Positions 50,957-62,420 of a stretch of 64,000 bases of DNA are shown here, one piece after another. Position numbers and translations under genes: made by a program. The notes below the pieces were generated by a model. It did no database searches. It was given only the letters and a program-made list of their open reading frames with translations, and was not told the DNA's origin. Within the stretch, counting starts at the first letter, position 1. Every line of letters starts with the position of its first letter. The DNA lies in IMG/VR virus record IMGVR_UViG_3300024983_000001, positions 64,001 through 128,000 of that record; one strand, given 5' to 3'. The DNA comes from a virus.

Positions 50957-51106
50957 TTTGCTTTCCTTTAATTGAGTAGATGAAGTATTGTCTGACTTTT
51001 AGGTAATAAGGTCAACAACTTTTTGCAAATGTTTGGTTGTTTACTTGTGTACCGTTTTGCCCGACAACAGAGATCATTATACGCAGTTAGGGTAAAAGGT
51101 CAACAG

Positions 51107-51617
51107 TTAAATTTGAAATGTGGCGCGAATTTCTTCTTCGCCCATTTCACCCAAACGGTCACCGAGCCATTCGTACGGATCGCCAGTTCGGGCCTTTGCC
51201 GTGCCATAAGGCATTTCGTCACAAAAGTGCTCGAACACTTTGCTATACAAGTCAGCAGAAAGGTCTGCATTATCTTCAGCAAAGGCGATAAGTTGATCAA
51301 CTTCAATCGGTTGCAGCTGGTTGTTATACTTCATGTTTAATCCTTTATTTATACGAGAAAATGCATGATCTACCAATTGGGTCAAAGAGTCAACAGTAGG
51401 TTTCTTTTAATGCAGGATCACTCTCTACTACATATCTTGTGATCATTGCAACCAGCTGTTCGGCACGGTCGTCACAAGCACCTTTCAAACCAACCGATGC
51501 CATTCCTTGACGGATATCAAAGAATGCGTCGTTGATTACGTCGCCGATGTGTTTATCAGTCTCACGTAAAGTCTCATAAACATCGTGCCATTTTTTGTCA
51601 GCTGGTGTAAGGCTCAT
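51107..51617 (-). other. two small early genes (51107..51334, 51390..51617)
   Basis: ORFs with RBSs. Confidence 0.6.
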
Positions 51618-51652
51618 TTTGTGTACCCTCTTTTGTTGTTGGTGTCAACAAA

Positions 51653-52837
51653 TTAAATCATGTCGTGAATCATTGCATCATCAACAAAACTGTTGTCAGT
51701 ATCGTTAAAACGTGCACGCAATTTCTTCATCCACCGTTGTTCAATCAGCGTCAAGACTTCGCTGGAAGCCGCATGTTTCTTGGCTTCTTCAACAGTCATC
51801 ATCGACACGTTGACAGATTCGGTGTCTTTGTAAATCTTTTCTTGCTTCAACGAATCCTTACGGAAAATTCCCTTCGAAGTCAAGTATTTCAACAGACGAC
51901 GAACAGATTCTTCTTGTTGCATCGTTTTTGCTTGCTTAGTCAAGCCCAAAAGCCACGCGAGTGTTTGGGTAAACGTCATGCCGATGTCAAAAGTAGCCTT
52001 GATTTCTTTGGGCAATTTCGGCAAGTTGACAGTTTTGAGCTGAATCATCAGTTTCGGTAGTTGAAGTGGCTGAATCACCTCATAACCAAACGCATCCGCC
52101 AGTTCATTTCCCGCAGCGAGTGCGAAGTTCAGCGTCACACCCATAATGCGATCAACTTCGGCAAAGTTCGACGACAGACCAGTGTTTTCATCTGCCGCAT
52201 CTTTCTTGGTCGAACCACCCATTTTTGAGCCGAGATTCTTCCAGATCGGCGCGGTGATTGCAAACTCACCGTTTGATGCAGTATATGCAATACAAATTCG
52301 GCTTTCGGTCAACGGCGCAGTAAATGCGACATAATTCAGGTGAATTGCATCAACGGTAACAGCACGAAACTTGCCGGTCGGATCAAGCTTTTCGCCCGCA
52401 GTAATTGCGGTTTGAGCGTCCGTTTGCTTGAAACCGTAAATGTATGAACCATCAAAATACCACTGTTTGTTGGTATTTTCCACTTGACTTTTGAGAATGG
52501 TTTGCATGTTGCGTTCCATCGTGACAAGCCATTCACGATTGCCAAACACACCATCAGTAACACGAGTGTTAATGAGCGATTTTTCGATGGCGATCACTTT
52601 GCCATCATACTTCATCAACGCACCTTCATGCGGCTTCATAAACCGCGACATTTTGTATTTCACTTGAAACATGCGAGCGATTGCCATCGGAATGTCAACA
52701 CGCTTGAACACTTCTTTGCCTTTGATTTGACTGGCTTCTTCATCAAGAAGAGTAAGGCTGCCACCAAGAGCAGTCGAAACTGCTTTGATTTTGACACGCT
52801 CAAACGTGATGAGAGAAGAATCGAATTTGTTCAACAT
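51653..52837 (-). CDS. hypothetical protein, 394 aa
   Basis: Long ORF with its own promoter at 52870. Confidence 0.8.
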   Translation of the reverse strand: MLNKFDSSLITFERVKIKAVSTALGGSLTLLDEEASQIKGKEVFKRVDIPMAIARMFQVKYKMSRFMKPHEGALMKYDGKVIAIEKSLINTRVTDGVFGNREWLVTMERNMQTILKSQVENTNKQWYFDGSYIYGFKQTDAQTAITAGEKLDPTGKFRAVTVDAIHLNYVAFTAPLTESRICIAYTASNGEFAITAPIWKNLGSKMGGSTKKDAADENTGLSSNFAEVDRIMGVTLNFALAAGNELADAFGYEVIQPLQLPKLMIQLKTVNLPKLPKEIKATFDIGMTFTQTLAWLLGLTKQAKTMQQEESVRRLLKYLTSKGIFRKDSLKQEKIYKDTESVNVSMMTVEEAKKHAASSEVLTLIEQRWMKKLRARFNDTDNSFVDDAMIHDMI

Positions 52838-52901
52838 TTATTTGTTCCCGTTCGTTAACTGATGAAGATCATTATACAGATATTAGGGTCAAAGTCAACA
52901 G

Positions 52902-54161
52902 TTATTTGGGTTCAATTTCCACGAAAGTGAACACATCGTCGATGTAATCTTCGTCGCTGATTACTGCAAAAAACGTTTCATTATCAGCATCACAATAAAA
53001 GCGAGACATTTCGTTGTCGTCGATGATTTGTGCCAAATTGTCCACGTCGTCACGAACAGTAACTTGATCAGCACCAACAAAGGCACTGTCGTCAACATAA
53101 TTGACAACGAATCGTGTGAGCGAATCTTTCACACTGTCATCTTCGTCAACAATAACAATGCCGATGTAACCAATGCAGAGGCTATCCCAAGGACCAATGT
53201 TGGAAAATGCAGCGAATGCGCGTTGTTTAAACATGGTAGTTCCTTAAAGTTGTTTGCATGTAGTAATCATACTACAATTAGGGTAAAAGTCAACGGTTTG
53301 GTAAAACCATTAGGACCTGTCCCGGTAGTCGTAATAGACCGCGAATGTGGTGGCGTCCTTTTTCAAACAGGTGGATTGCCCAACCCACCCTTTACGGCGA
53401 GGTCCACGGTACACCACACGGACACGCATCCCTGAGTTTAAGCATTGGTTGGCCCGATGGATGATATTCAGATTTTCTTCAGTAACCGGAATACCTTTTG
53501 CAATGGCATTCTCAGTAGGTGGGGCTTTGTGTTTGGCAAGCAGAATTAGCGTTTCGGGCGCTTCTTCCCACAAATCATGCAGATCGTTGACGTACATGTT
53601 ATTCGTCTTTCATGAAATATTCGCCAATGAGGAATTTGGCTCTATTGATGGTCATACGAGCTTCGTCTTCCAAACCTCTCGATAGTTCCTCTTGTGCATC
53701 CGAGAGCACACTCAGAATTACCATGGCTGGTCCTGCAGACATGAAAGTGAACGAATCTTCAACGGACATTTTGAATTCGTTGGGGTTGCACCCATAGCAC
53801 AACATGTTGAAATCAACAACCTCGTCATCCATTTCTTTCTCCACGAATTAACTATGGTGCAGCATCACCCCAATTGACGTGAAAGTCAACTGATTTAGTG
53901 TAGTACTGGCATATTTCCTTCGGGAGTGATGTGAACAACCCACCACTCTCCAAGCATGGGGTTGTTGGTAATCCAAAAACCATCGAACGGTGTTAGCCAT
54001 TCACGGAACGATTCTTCCGTAGCAGTCAACACCGTTACTTCGCCTCGAGCCACAAGACTGCCGTTGTCGTCGTAGATAGATTCGGTTCCGAATGAAGTAG
54101 CAACCTCCACCGATTCAGGAATCGGGTGCATATCGGGTGTAACCAACATAATTACATGCAT
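52902..54161 (-). other. small early genes (52902..53234, 53310..53597, 53599..53844, 53895..54161)
   Basis: ORFs behind repeated promoters. Confidence 0.65.
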
Positions 54162-54170
54162 GATTTTTCC

Positions 54171-54668
54171 TTACTTGTTAACAAGACCGTTTTTTTCATC
54201 TACCATGTGTTGGAAGATGGTATCGAGGAGACTGTGAGATGTTGGTTCGAGTGCAATACCAGCATACGAATTGATGCGGTCGATATATGCCAGCATTGAG
54301 TCGTGACGTTTATCATCACCTTGCGCCCAATCATCATTTTCAGCAGCTCCGCGGAAAATGGCTTTGTCATCATCGGACATCGTGCCACCATAACACATAA
54401 TCATTTCGCCGAGCACTTGGATGGCGATCTCTCGGTCAAAATCACCAAATACACCATCACCTGCCATCATGTCGGCAAGAATCTTTTTGTACTCACCTTT
54501 TTTGAGTTTGTCGGCAACGATGACGTTAAGACGCGCCTCTTCCTCGTCTGCACTCGAATCATCGTCACATTCGTTGACCTCCACCCCTTCGAGAAGAGCT
54601 TCACGAATAACGTATTCGAGATCCATGGGCTCATCGCCCTCCATTACACCAGTTCCCCACCAACCCAT
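54171..54668 (-). CDS. acidic protein with DUF4259-like N-terminus
   Basis: MGWWGTGVMEGD..MD; AAGGAG RBS. Confidence 0.65.
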   Translation of the reverse strand: MGWWGTGVMEGDEPMDLEYVIREALLEGVEVNECDDDSSADEEEARLNVIVADKLKKGEYKKILADMMAGDGVFGDFDREIAIQVLGEMIMCYGGTMSDDDKAIFRGAAENDDWAQGDDKRHDSMLAYIDRINSYAGIALEPTSHSLLDTIFQHMVDEKNGLVNK

Positions 54669-54731
54669 GTCAATCTCCTTTGTTAATCGATGCGGCCACA
54701 TTACCCCAAAGTGGGGTAAGGGTCAACAGAA

Positions 54732-55886
54732 TTATGCACGCATACTGATGATTTCATTTGCAGAACCCATCGTTGCCACCCCAAAACTTGCGGTTTCTTC
54801 GGTGGTATAATCGAACTGCTCTTCCAACCACACACCATTTTTGCGATACACCAGTTTATGCAGTTCGGGCGTACCAACAATCACTGTAGTATCAAGGTTG
54901 TAGCCCGACAACGGATTAATCAGTTCCCAAACGCGACAATCTGAATCAGGTCGAGCAGCACGTCCGATAACTTGGTTCAATTGAGGATAAGAACCGAATT
55001 GACGACCAAGTACCACACTTTCACAATTCGCTACGTCAACACCCTCGTTGATTTTGTTGCAGTTGACAACGAATTGGTATTTGCCTTGCGAAAAATCGTT
55101 GAGAATTCGATCCAATTCACGTTCGGTCTGCCCGAGAATTGCGATTGCTGAATAGCCTTTATCACGCAGATATTCAGCGATGATACCAACTTCACGTTTT
55201 GTGCGCACAAACACCATCGTTTGACCCATTTGATCTGCGTACGAATCAAACATGTCACGCAAAATGCGCGTCTTGTCTTTTTCGGGTGCATCAACAAAGC
55301 TGTAAAGCTGCGTAGGTGCGAGATAACCTTCTGCAACCGCTTGTTCACGCGAAATCGGTGCCACGATTTCTTCGAATTTGATCAGACAGCCATCTGCACG
55401 ATCGGGGGTTGCGGTGAGACCGATAATCGGCATGTCACCAATCTGTTCAAGTTGGTATTGAATCGACATCATCGCTTCGTGGTGAGCCTCGTCAATACAG
55501 GTAATGTCCCAACCTTCATCCAGCAGTTCTTGCGGGATATCGCTGAATGCAGATTGAATGATGATATCGACGCCATCAGCGGCAGCATACGTGGCTTCTG
55601 CTTGCGACAGAAGGCGGTGTTTGTGCGCAATAAACATCAGACGCAGATTGCGACCTTTTACACCAAGAGCTTCACGGACTCGCGGCGAATTGAAGATCAT
55701 ACCAGAAGTCAACGTCTTACCAGCACCAGTCGGAAGCACCACGAGAATGCGCTTCTTGCCATCTTCAAGTGCTTGTTCAACTTGATTTCGTGCGGCAACT
55801 TGATACCAACGTACTTGTTTTTCACCATACAGCTCGATTTCATCAACAGCAACTTCTTGTACGTCGTTTTGAATTTCTTCGTTCAT
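54732..55886 (-). CDS. SF2 DExH helicase (ResIII/UvsW-like)
   Basis: LPTGAGKT, DEAHH, GLTATP.R.D, EGVD, Q.IGRA.R. Confidence 0.92.
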   Translation of the reverse strand: MNEEIQNDVQEVAVDEIELYGEKQVRWYQVAARNQVEQALEDGKKRILVVLPTGAGKTLTSGMIFNSPRVREALGVKGRNLRLMFIAHKHRLLSQAEATYAAADGVDIIIQSAFSDIPQELLDEGWDITCIDEAHHEAMMSIQYQLEQIGDMPIIGLTATPDRADGCLIKFEEIVAPISREQAVAEGYLAPTQLYSFVDAPEKDKTRILRDMFDSYADQMGQTMVFVRTKREVGIIAEYLRDKGYSAIAILGQTERELDRILNDFSQGKYQFVVNCNKINEGVDVANCESVVLGRQFGSYPQLNQVIGRAARPDSDCRVWELINPLSGYNLDTTVIVGTPELHKLVYRKNGVWLEEQFDYTTEETASFGVATMGSANEIISMRA

Positions 55887-55967
55887 TTCAATGCTCTCGT
55901 GTTGTTAACCAATGAAGATCATTATACAGATATTAGGGTCAAAGTCAACAATTTTTCAATTTATTTC

Positions 55968-57983
55968 CTACAACAGCTCTACACGAAACCCATTGCGTTC
56001 TGCGAGGTCGTGCCTGTACCGATCAAAATCGACCCAGTTGCCACAATTGTCCCGCAGAACCCATCGCCAGGCAACAGGATTGCCGTTGGGTGTCAACCCA
56101 TCTTCACGAGCCATAACAAACCCATCATCGGTTCGATATTCGTTATCTTCAACTATGCATTTGAGTAAGGGATTCATACTGTCCTTTCAGAAACCAGAAT
56201 CAAACATATCGTTGACAATCCAGACACGAAGCGTTTCCCATTCATTCAGTTCATTTTTGATGGAACGCTTGATGTCATCAGATGCTTTTGATGCTGAACT
56301 GGCGCGAATCATGAGATCGTTGATGTGTTCTTCAACAAGGTCCTTAATTGCGCGAGCGTGTTGTGAAGTGCAATTCAGTTGCACTGTTCTGTTTTCTTTG
56401 AGGCTTGAACCTGGCATCAAAATCATTTCTTGCTCCTTTGTAAGAAATGTCATTATCCACAATTGGGTCAAAATGTCAACAACTATTATTGCACCCCAAT
56501 AGTTGTCCCATAGCTCGCCGTGGGGCTTCCCAGCTTTCGCTCTCTGCAACGTGGTTGGTTACCGTCAAAGTAGGGTCACTATATCACGAGTGACCCTAAA
56601 TGTCAACGATTACGTGAGACCCCAATCGTGTTTACCAGCCATCCGTTCTTTGAGTGCTTGTGACATGTTGTCAACTTCAATACCCAAAGAATCTTCTTCA
56701 TCGATATTTGCCCTGATATCAACCGCGATATTTTGTGCATATTGGGGGTCATATTCTGTCAACATGTCGAGAAGTTCTTGTGAACGAATCTTACAATCGT
56801 TCACATGGCACATGGTATTCTTTCCCACTCTGTAGGTTATTCCCATCTCAAAATCCACTTGATGGCTTTCTTGCGGGAACCTTTCGTCGTATTCATTGAT
56901 AATGATCGTGTCATTAAAACCAAACAGGTCGACCCGAACCAACATACCGTATTCGAGCAGCAGAACATTGAGTCCAGTTTTGAGGCATTTCCCGTCGTTA
57001 TGAATCACAATTTTGTCCTTTTGTTTTATCGAGTGGGAGTCGGAATGGAAGTAAAAAATCCAACGTCGGCCGATTCGAAATTCGCTACCTCGCTCGGAAG
57101 GTCCACGTACTCGTCGAAGTTGTCAGTGAAAGAGCGGAGCGTTGCTTGGGCTTCATTTTCAATCACTTCCTGATCTTCAAGAGAAGGATCGTAGTCCACG
57201 ACAAGTGCCACAGTAAAAATCATCGTCATCCGTTTCATGTCATTTTCCTTTTCAAAAATCCACTTTTATTCATCCAGGTATTGATCGATTGCGGCCATAA
57301 TCTTACCAGCTTGGTCGCGTGTCAGACCACAAATCACCTGCCGTTGCCAACCGTTCGTGGTCAATTCGATTGTAACACGACGTGGATTAACATCGTCCGG
57401 TCGCACCCTGACGTCGAATTTTTCGATGCTGCGTTGCTTGTAATAAGCATCATTATCCGAGCTCATTCCGCACCTCCGTGTAATTTTGCAGCGATCGATT
57501 CTTTCCATTCGGAAATGTTCAGGTCACTGATCCAGTTGAAGATCGCTTCGAGTGCCCCAGGATTATCCTGGAGAAAATCATCCATGTCAGAATAACCGAT
57601 AGCGTTGATAACTTTGGTGATATTCCTTACGCCGCGAGCTCCTTCCAGGGAATAGAGCTTTTCCTGGTCGATGTATTCGTTAAGCAATTCGCCGAGGTCT
57701 TTGTCTTCGATGTCGATCGCCATTTCTGTTCCTTTGTTTGACGGTGAAGACATTATCCACCATTTAGGGTAATAGTCAACGACTATTTGATTTCCGCCTG
57801 CTTATAATTAGCACACTTTTTGGCCATCCAAATAGGATCAAAGTTGAATGGGTAAAAGAACCACCCGTTTCGAATTCCATGTGGATTGCCAGTCATTTCA
57901 GGGTCAGGATTGTCACATTGGATATGTGCGTCACCCGGAATGCTGCGTTTGAATTCACAACTATAACAGTTTTTGGAGTTCAT
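55968..57983 (-). other. small early genes (55968..56177, 56187..56453, 56610..57008, 57026..57238, 57463..57723, 57783..57983)
   Basis: ORFs behind repeated promoters. Confidence 0.6.
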
Positions 57984-58009
57984 GGTATGCTCACAGAGAG
58001 TTGAAACAA

Positions 58010-58168
58010 TTACTCGTCAAAATCTTTTGAAATTCTGATAGCTTCGTCGTAACCTTCCCAGTTGTCAACGCCAGCTGCTTCGAGTGCTGACAGAAAATCA
58101 GAATCTTTCATCAAAGATTCGTATTCATCTTTGGTCAGCGTGACCGAACCATCTTCGTGTTCTACCAT
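58010..58168 (-). CDS. small phage protein (LEAAGVDNWEGY motif)
   Basis: 52 aa; GAGGAG RBS; below the ORF-track cutoff. Confidence 0.7.
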   Translation of the reverse strand: MVEHEDGSVTLTKDEYESLMKDSDFLSALEAAGVDNWEGYDEAIRISKDFDE

Positions 58169-58190
58169 TTACTTCTCCTCAATCAAGTGG

Positions 58191-58267
<77 letters not shown>

Positions 58268-58436
58268 AGAATTTAATCAAGTGTCATGAAATCGTCGTTG
58301 ATATCAACAAACGCATTGAACGACTCGTTGCATTCGGGACAAGTAATAATTATGTCCAGTTTGTTTTCATCATGAGCTGCTTCCGTGACAGTCATATCAA
58401 GAGATACAACTATTTCGCCACCACACTGAGGACATT

Positions 58437-58784
58437 TCATTTGTCAGTTCCTTCAAATTTTTTACGAAGAGCTTCATAGGTTTTGCGTTCCTGTTCCAGG
58501 AGGCGTGCGGCGACTGCTTGGCGCTGCCGCTCTCGTTCAGCTTCTTTGCGTACTGCAATACCTTCAATATACTCTGAAACGGTAGTTGTGTCAACTTCTG
58601 TTTCAACGACTTCGAAAGTAACAACCACACTGTCTTTGTATGCGCTTGTATTACCCAATTGATTTAGATGGCTGGTAACGTGGCCACGATTGCGCCAGAT
58701 TTTTCCCTTCTTGGTAAACTGAGGATACATGCCACCCGTCGAGAACAACCCATCACCGCGGCGAATTTTATAAATGGTTTCCAT
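58437..58784 (-). CDS. hypothetical protein
   Basis: Start re-assigned to METIYKIRR. Confidence 0.6.
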   Translation of the reverse strand: METIYKIRRGDGLFSTGGMYPQFTKKGKIWRNRGHVTSHLNQLGNTSAYKDSVVVTFEVVETEVDTTTVSEYIEGIAVRKEAERERQRQAVAARLLEQERKTYEALRKKFEGTDK

Positions 58785-58794
58785 TCCTAGTAAT

Positions 58795-59049
58795 TTACTC
58801 CGCAATACCTTCAGTGTAGACGATTTGTTTTGCCGACTCAAGTTGCTGTACTCGCAAGATGACATCGCTTCCATTGACCGGCAACACAATGGTGTTATCG
58901 GGGTATTGCATTGACAGCTTGAGCCCCTCTTCCAGCCGCTCGGTATCGGCTCGCGTAAACAGCTCATCGGGCGACAGGGGATCGGACATGTAGTCAACGC
59001 CTGTTGCTGTTCGAATCGCCCACTTGACTTGATAGATAGCCTTATTCAT
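58795..59049 (-). CDS. hypothetical protein
   Basis: AAGGAG RBS. Confidence 0.65.
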   Translation of the reverse strand: MNKAIYQVKWAIRTATGVDYMSDPLSPDELFTRADTERLEEGLKLSMQYPDNTIVLPVNGSDVILRVQQLESAKQIVYTEGIAE

Positions 59050-59082
59050 TTCTTGTCTCCTTACTAGTAAATTACAACCGCC

Positions 59083-59697
59083 TTACTTGGCGGCCGCAAC
59101 ACCCTTCTTCATGTTATACAGGTAGGTAGTGGCACCCGACTTCGACATATCGAGCTGGTTCATGAACAGAGCGATGATCTCTTGGTTCGACTTACCAACA
59201 TTGGCATCATAGATCGCTCGAGCAGCGTGTTGTTTAGCACCCTTCTTCGGTTTGATGATCTTGGTACCAATGAAAGTACGGCCGATCTTGATGTCTTCGA
59301 CAGGCACAGTATCATCATAGCCTTTGGGGCCGATGTAGTTACCATCTTCATCGAAATCAGATTTTGCCAGTTGTGAATAGTGGTCGGGATGAAGCCAAGG
59401 GAAATTCACAAAGAATTTCGAGGTCAATCCACGAGCCGTTTTCAGCACATCTTCAGCACCGAATGCGGTTCCTGCTGCATTCAGTTTGATCGCTTCGACA
59501 ATCATGTAGCGGAACAGAATCTCCGCTTCCTTGTCAAATTCGGTTTTGGTTTCGATACCGAACATGTCTTTGATGAGGTTTTCAAAACGATTCTTCGACC
59601 ACTTCTTTTCAGAAAAGGAGTTCGCAAAATGACCAGCTGCAGTCACCGAACGGACATCGAAGTTTTGTTGTGCCAGGTTTTCAATGATTTGGTTCAT
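59083..59697 (-). CDS. early protein with C-terminal HTH-like domain
   Basis: FMNQLDMSKSGATTYLYN shared with the SprT protein. Confidence 0.75.
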   Translation of the reverse strand: MNQIIENLAQQNFDVRSVTAAGHFANSFSEKKWSKNRFENLIKDMFGIETKTEFDKEAEILFRYMIVEAIKLNAAGTAFGAEDVLKTARGLTSKFFVNFPWLHPDHYSQLAKSDFDEDGNYIGPKGYDDTVPVEDIKIGRTFIGTKIIKPKKGAKQHAARAIYDANVGKSNQEIIALFMNQLDMSKSGATTYLYNMKKGVAAAK

Positions 59698-59768
59698 TTT
59701 GATCTGTCCTTATGTGTTGTCAGTCAATGAAGGCTATTATACCGATTTGGACTAAAAGGTCAACGGTT

Positions 59769-60280
59769 TTAAACAGGCTCGTTGATATATTTGTACACTC
59801 CGTAAGCTACGTTCGGATCCGTTTGAGCCTTTTGAAGGGCATCACGAGCTTCCCTGGCTCGATCTTTGTGATACCACACACCCTGGCCTTGCCATTGAGA
59901 CACCCATCGCTCGCCAGTGTTACGATCTACACCACAAATGATGTACATGTTCATTTAATGCTCCCGTATTTCTCCGTAAGACGAGCAAGTTCTGCGCGTT
60001 CACGTTCTTCGATTTTTTGCTGATTGATAACCCAACTACCCACACGTGCTTCATATTCGCTATCAGTTTCCGGACGATGAACATTCACGTTAAACGAATA
60101 AGTATCTTCCCACGCCGTGTGTTGTCCATAATCAAAACGCACCGTATCACCATGGCGTTCAATGAGATTTTGACACAGCTCGAGTAAGTTGGTTACTTTA
60201 CCATCAAGGTCGTAACAACTATAATTATCAACCTTCTCAGTAATCGTCAGCCGAGGCGGAGTTTTAACTTTTTTGCTCAT
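59769..60280 (-). other. two small genes (59769..59954, 59951..60280)
   Basis: Coupled ORFs. Confidence 0.65.
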
Positions 60281-60339
60281 ATTGTGTCCTTTGTTTTTAA
60301 TAAAGGTATGGTAATCCCGTTTGACCCAAACGTCAACAA

Positions 60340-61125
60340 CTATTTGGTCAAATTGTAGTAGTACGTACGAGCCCCAGCCTGTGTCATATCAAGCTGGCTC
60401 ATGAACGCTTCAACAACAGTTTTCTGGGATGCATTGTGCATTGATGCAAGGATGCCACGAGCACGCTCAATTTTAGTGCCGTTGGTGGATGCAACGGCTT
60501 TCTTTTTCACGACAGGTGTAGGTGCCGGTTTTACGACCATGCTGTTGATACTATTAGCCGAAACCAAAACTTGCTTACACACCCTACACGTATAACGCGC
60601 ATTGAACAGAGAAATCTTGTTATGCACCTTTGCACCAACCTTGTGGTGACCAACCCCACAACCACATGAGTAGTTGAATTTCTTAAAGGTTTTTTCAACC
60701 TTGGAGTTAGTGACGTCATAACTGTGGCATCGCGTAATATCTTTCACGCCCAAAACGCGCATAATTTCCTGCCAATACCGACCATGTACATCACGTTTGG
60801 TGCGCTTCCATCTACCAGTTCGAGACATAACGATGTCGGTTTCATGTGCCTGGGGATAAATTTTGTCGCAGGCCAAGTGTGCAAGTTCGTGCGGAACGGT
60901 GCGTGCCAAAAAAACATCAACGTTTTCATTCAACAACACAGCATTGTAATTGACAGTCCATTTGCGGTAATCTGCCCTGCCGCCTGTAGTACCACGTAGT
61001 GTGTACAGAACTTTCGGCATTTCAAGTTCAACGCCATAGTGTTTTTCGAGTTTCGCAATACCTTCCAGCAGAATCTTGTTGATTCGGGTATACAGGTCGT
61101 ATGACACCACTTGCTTGTTGTTCAT
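60340..61125 (-). CDS. SprT-like zinc metalloprotease with C-terminal HTH-like domain
   Basis: VPHELAHL, HG..W...M, Y.C.C, Y.C..C. Confidence 0.88.
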   Translation of the reverse strand: MNNKQVVSYDLYTRINKILLEGIAKLEKHYGVELEMPKVLYTLRGTTGGRADYRKWTVNYNAVLLNENVDVFLARTVPHELAHLACDKIYPQAHETDIVMSRTGRWKRTKRDVHGRYWQEIMRVLGVKDITRCHSYDVTNSKVEKTFKKFNYSCGCGVGHHKVGAKVHNKISLFNARYTCRVCKQVLVSANSINSMVVKPAPTPVVKKKAVASTNGTKIERARGILASMHNASQKTVVEAFMSQLDMTQAGARTYYYNLTK

Positions 61126-61237
61126 GCTTGATCTCCGTTGTTGATAGAGATCATTATCCACATTTGGGTTAAAAGGTCAACTGTTGACATTACCCAAATT
61201 GTTTGTATAATGGCTTTAAATAATTGAAAGGATTAAA

Positions 61238-61393
61238 ATGAAATATCTCGTTACTTTTGTGGGAGTAGTTTCGTGGTTAGCGGGTGTGGTATTGGCAAAA
61301 GCTGGCTGGCTATCTGCCGCAGCATTCGTGATGCCGGTATATGCCTGGTACCTTGTCGTTGCAAAGGTTATGGCACATTTAGGTTGGGCGTAA
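61238..61393 (+). CDS. small 2-TM membrane protein
   Basis: 51 aa, hydrophobic; AAGGA RBS; promoter at 61183. Confidence 0.65.
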   Translation: MKYLVTFVGVVSWLAGVVLAKAGWLSAAAFVMPVYAWYLVVAKVMAHLGWA

Positions 61394-61394
61394 A

Positions 61395-61871
61395 ATGAAA
61401 CCAGTGAAAGTATTTTGGGACTTGGAAGAAACGTGCATCACATCATGGGATGAGGGTTTACTTTGCAACGTCTCGAAGCTGCGTAAATGGGTGGCTGACA
61501 ATCATGTGACCGAGGTTACTGTATTCTCTGCAGCGGTGTATGATGAGCGCGATAAGGAAGTTTTTAACAGAGACTTCAAACAAATGCTCGAGAGTGCATT
61601 TGGTGTAACGGTTGTTGATTGCTTGACTTACGATGACGTTCGCCGGGTGGTGTGTAAAGAGCACCGCATGCAACTCGATCTACACGAATTTATCTCATTG
61701 TGGGGTAAGCAACGTGGCTTCCACGATTACTGTATGGCGACAATGACTGATTGCATAGCTGTGCTTGTTGATGATTGTGTTGGCGACATGACTACCGTGT
61801 TCCATGACAAGAATTTGACGGTTGAGCTTGTGCGGATGGCATTCGGCAAACTACCCAGAAATGTGTGTTGA
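61395..61871 (+). CDS. HAD-like protein
   Basis: VFWDLEET; LVDD. Confidence 0.6.
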   Translation: MKPVKVFWDLEETCITSWDEGLLCNVSKLRKWVADNHVTEVTVFSAAVYDERDKEVFNRDFKQMLESAFGVTVVDCLTYDDVRRVVCKEHRMQLDLHEFISLWGKQRGFHDYCMATMTDCIAVLVDDCVGDMTTVFHDKNLTVELVRMAFGKLPRNVC

Positions 61872-61921
61872 CCTAAATTATTTTTGTTGTACAATAGGGT
61901 CAAGTTAAATAAGGATTCATC

Positions 61922-62358
61922 ATGGAACCAAATGCCGATGAAGCAACGAAAGTGTTTGCAGAACTAGATAGAGTTAATGAAATCATGCTCGACAAAGAGG
62001 TTCTTAGGATAGTTAGATCCAATGCCGGCAAAACAGGGAAAGCTGTCATGAAAATTCTGCAAAAGGAATTGCCCGATGTTTCGATACAGGAGTTGGTTGA
62101 ATCGGTCAACAGGTTGTTGGAAGCTACAAAATGAAGACCTCCGATTTTGAACAAGCTGTCGCCGACACGCCCAACTATGTGGCGGTGTTTGCTATCGTCA
62201 ACGCAACGGCTATGCCTGATTGGTTGCAACCGTATGCAGCCCCAGGCGACGAGCTAATTTGGCGCCCGTGGGAGAATTCGTTTTACCACGTAGCTTCTCG
62301 AAAGCTTATTGATGTTGCGCCTTCGTACGTTAAATTCGTTGAGTATCGCCAAATCTAG
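61922..62358 (+). other. two small genes (61922..62134, 62131..62358)
   Basis: Coupled ORFs behind the promoter at 61867. Confidence 0.6.
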
Positions 62359-62420
62359 GCGTTGACTTTTGACCCTAATGTTGTATAATGACTTCACCGT
62401 CAAACAACGAAGGAAGTAAC

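Noticed and set aside
49991-50971. Long antisense ORFs (also 55221..56168, 8308..8961, 63041..63778)
   Set aside because: They are shadows of real genes on the opposite strand, with no RBS or recognisable motifs.
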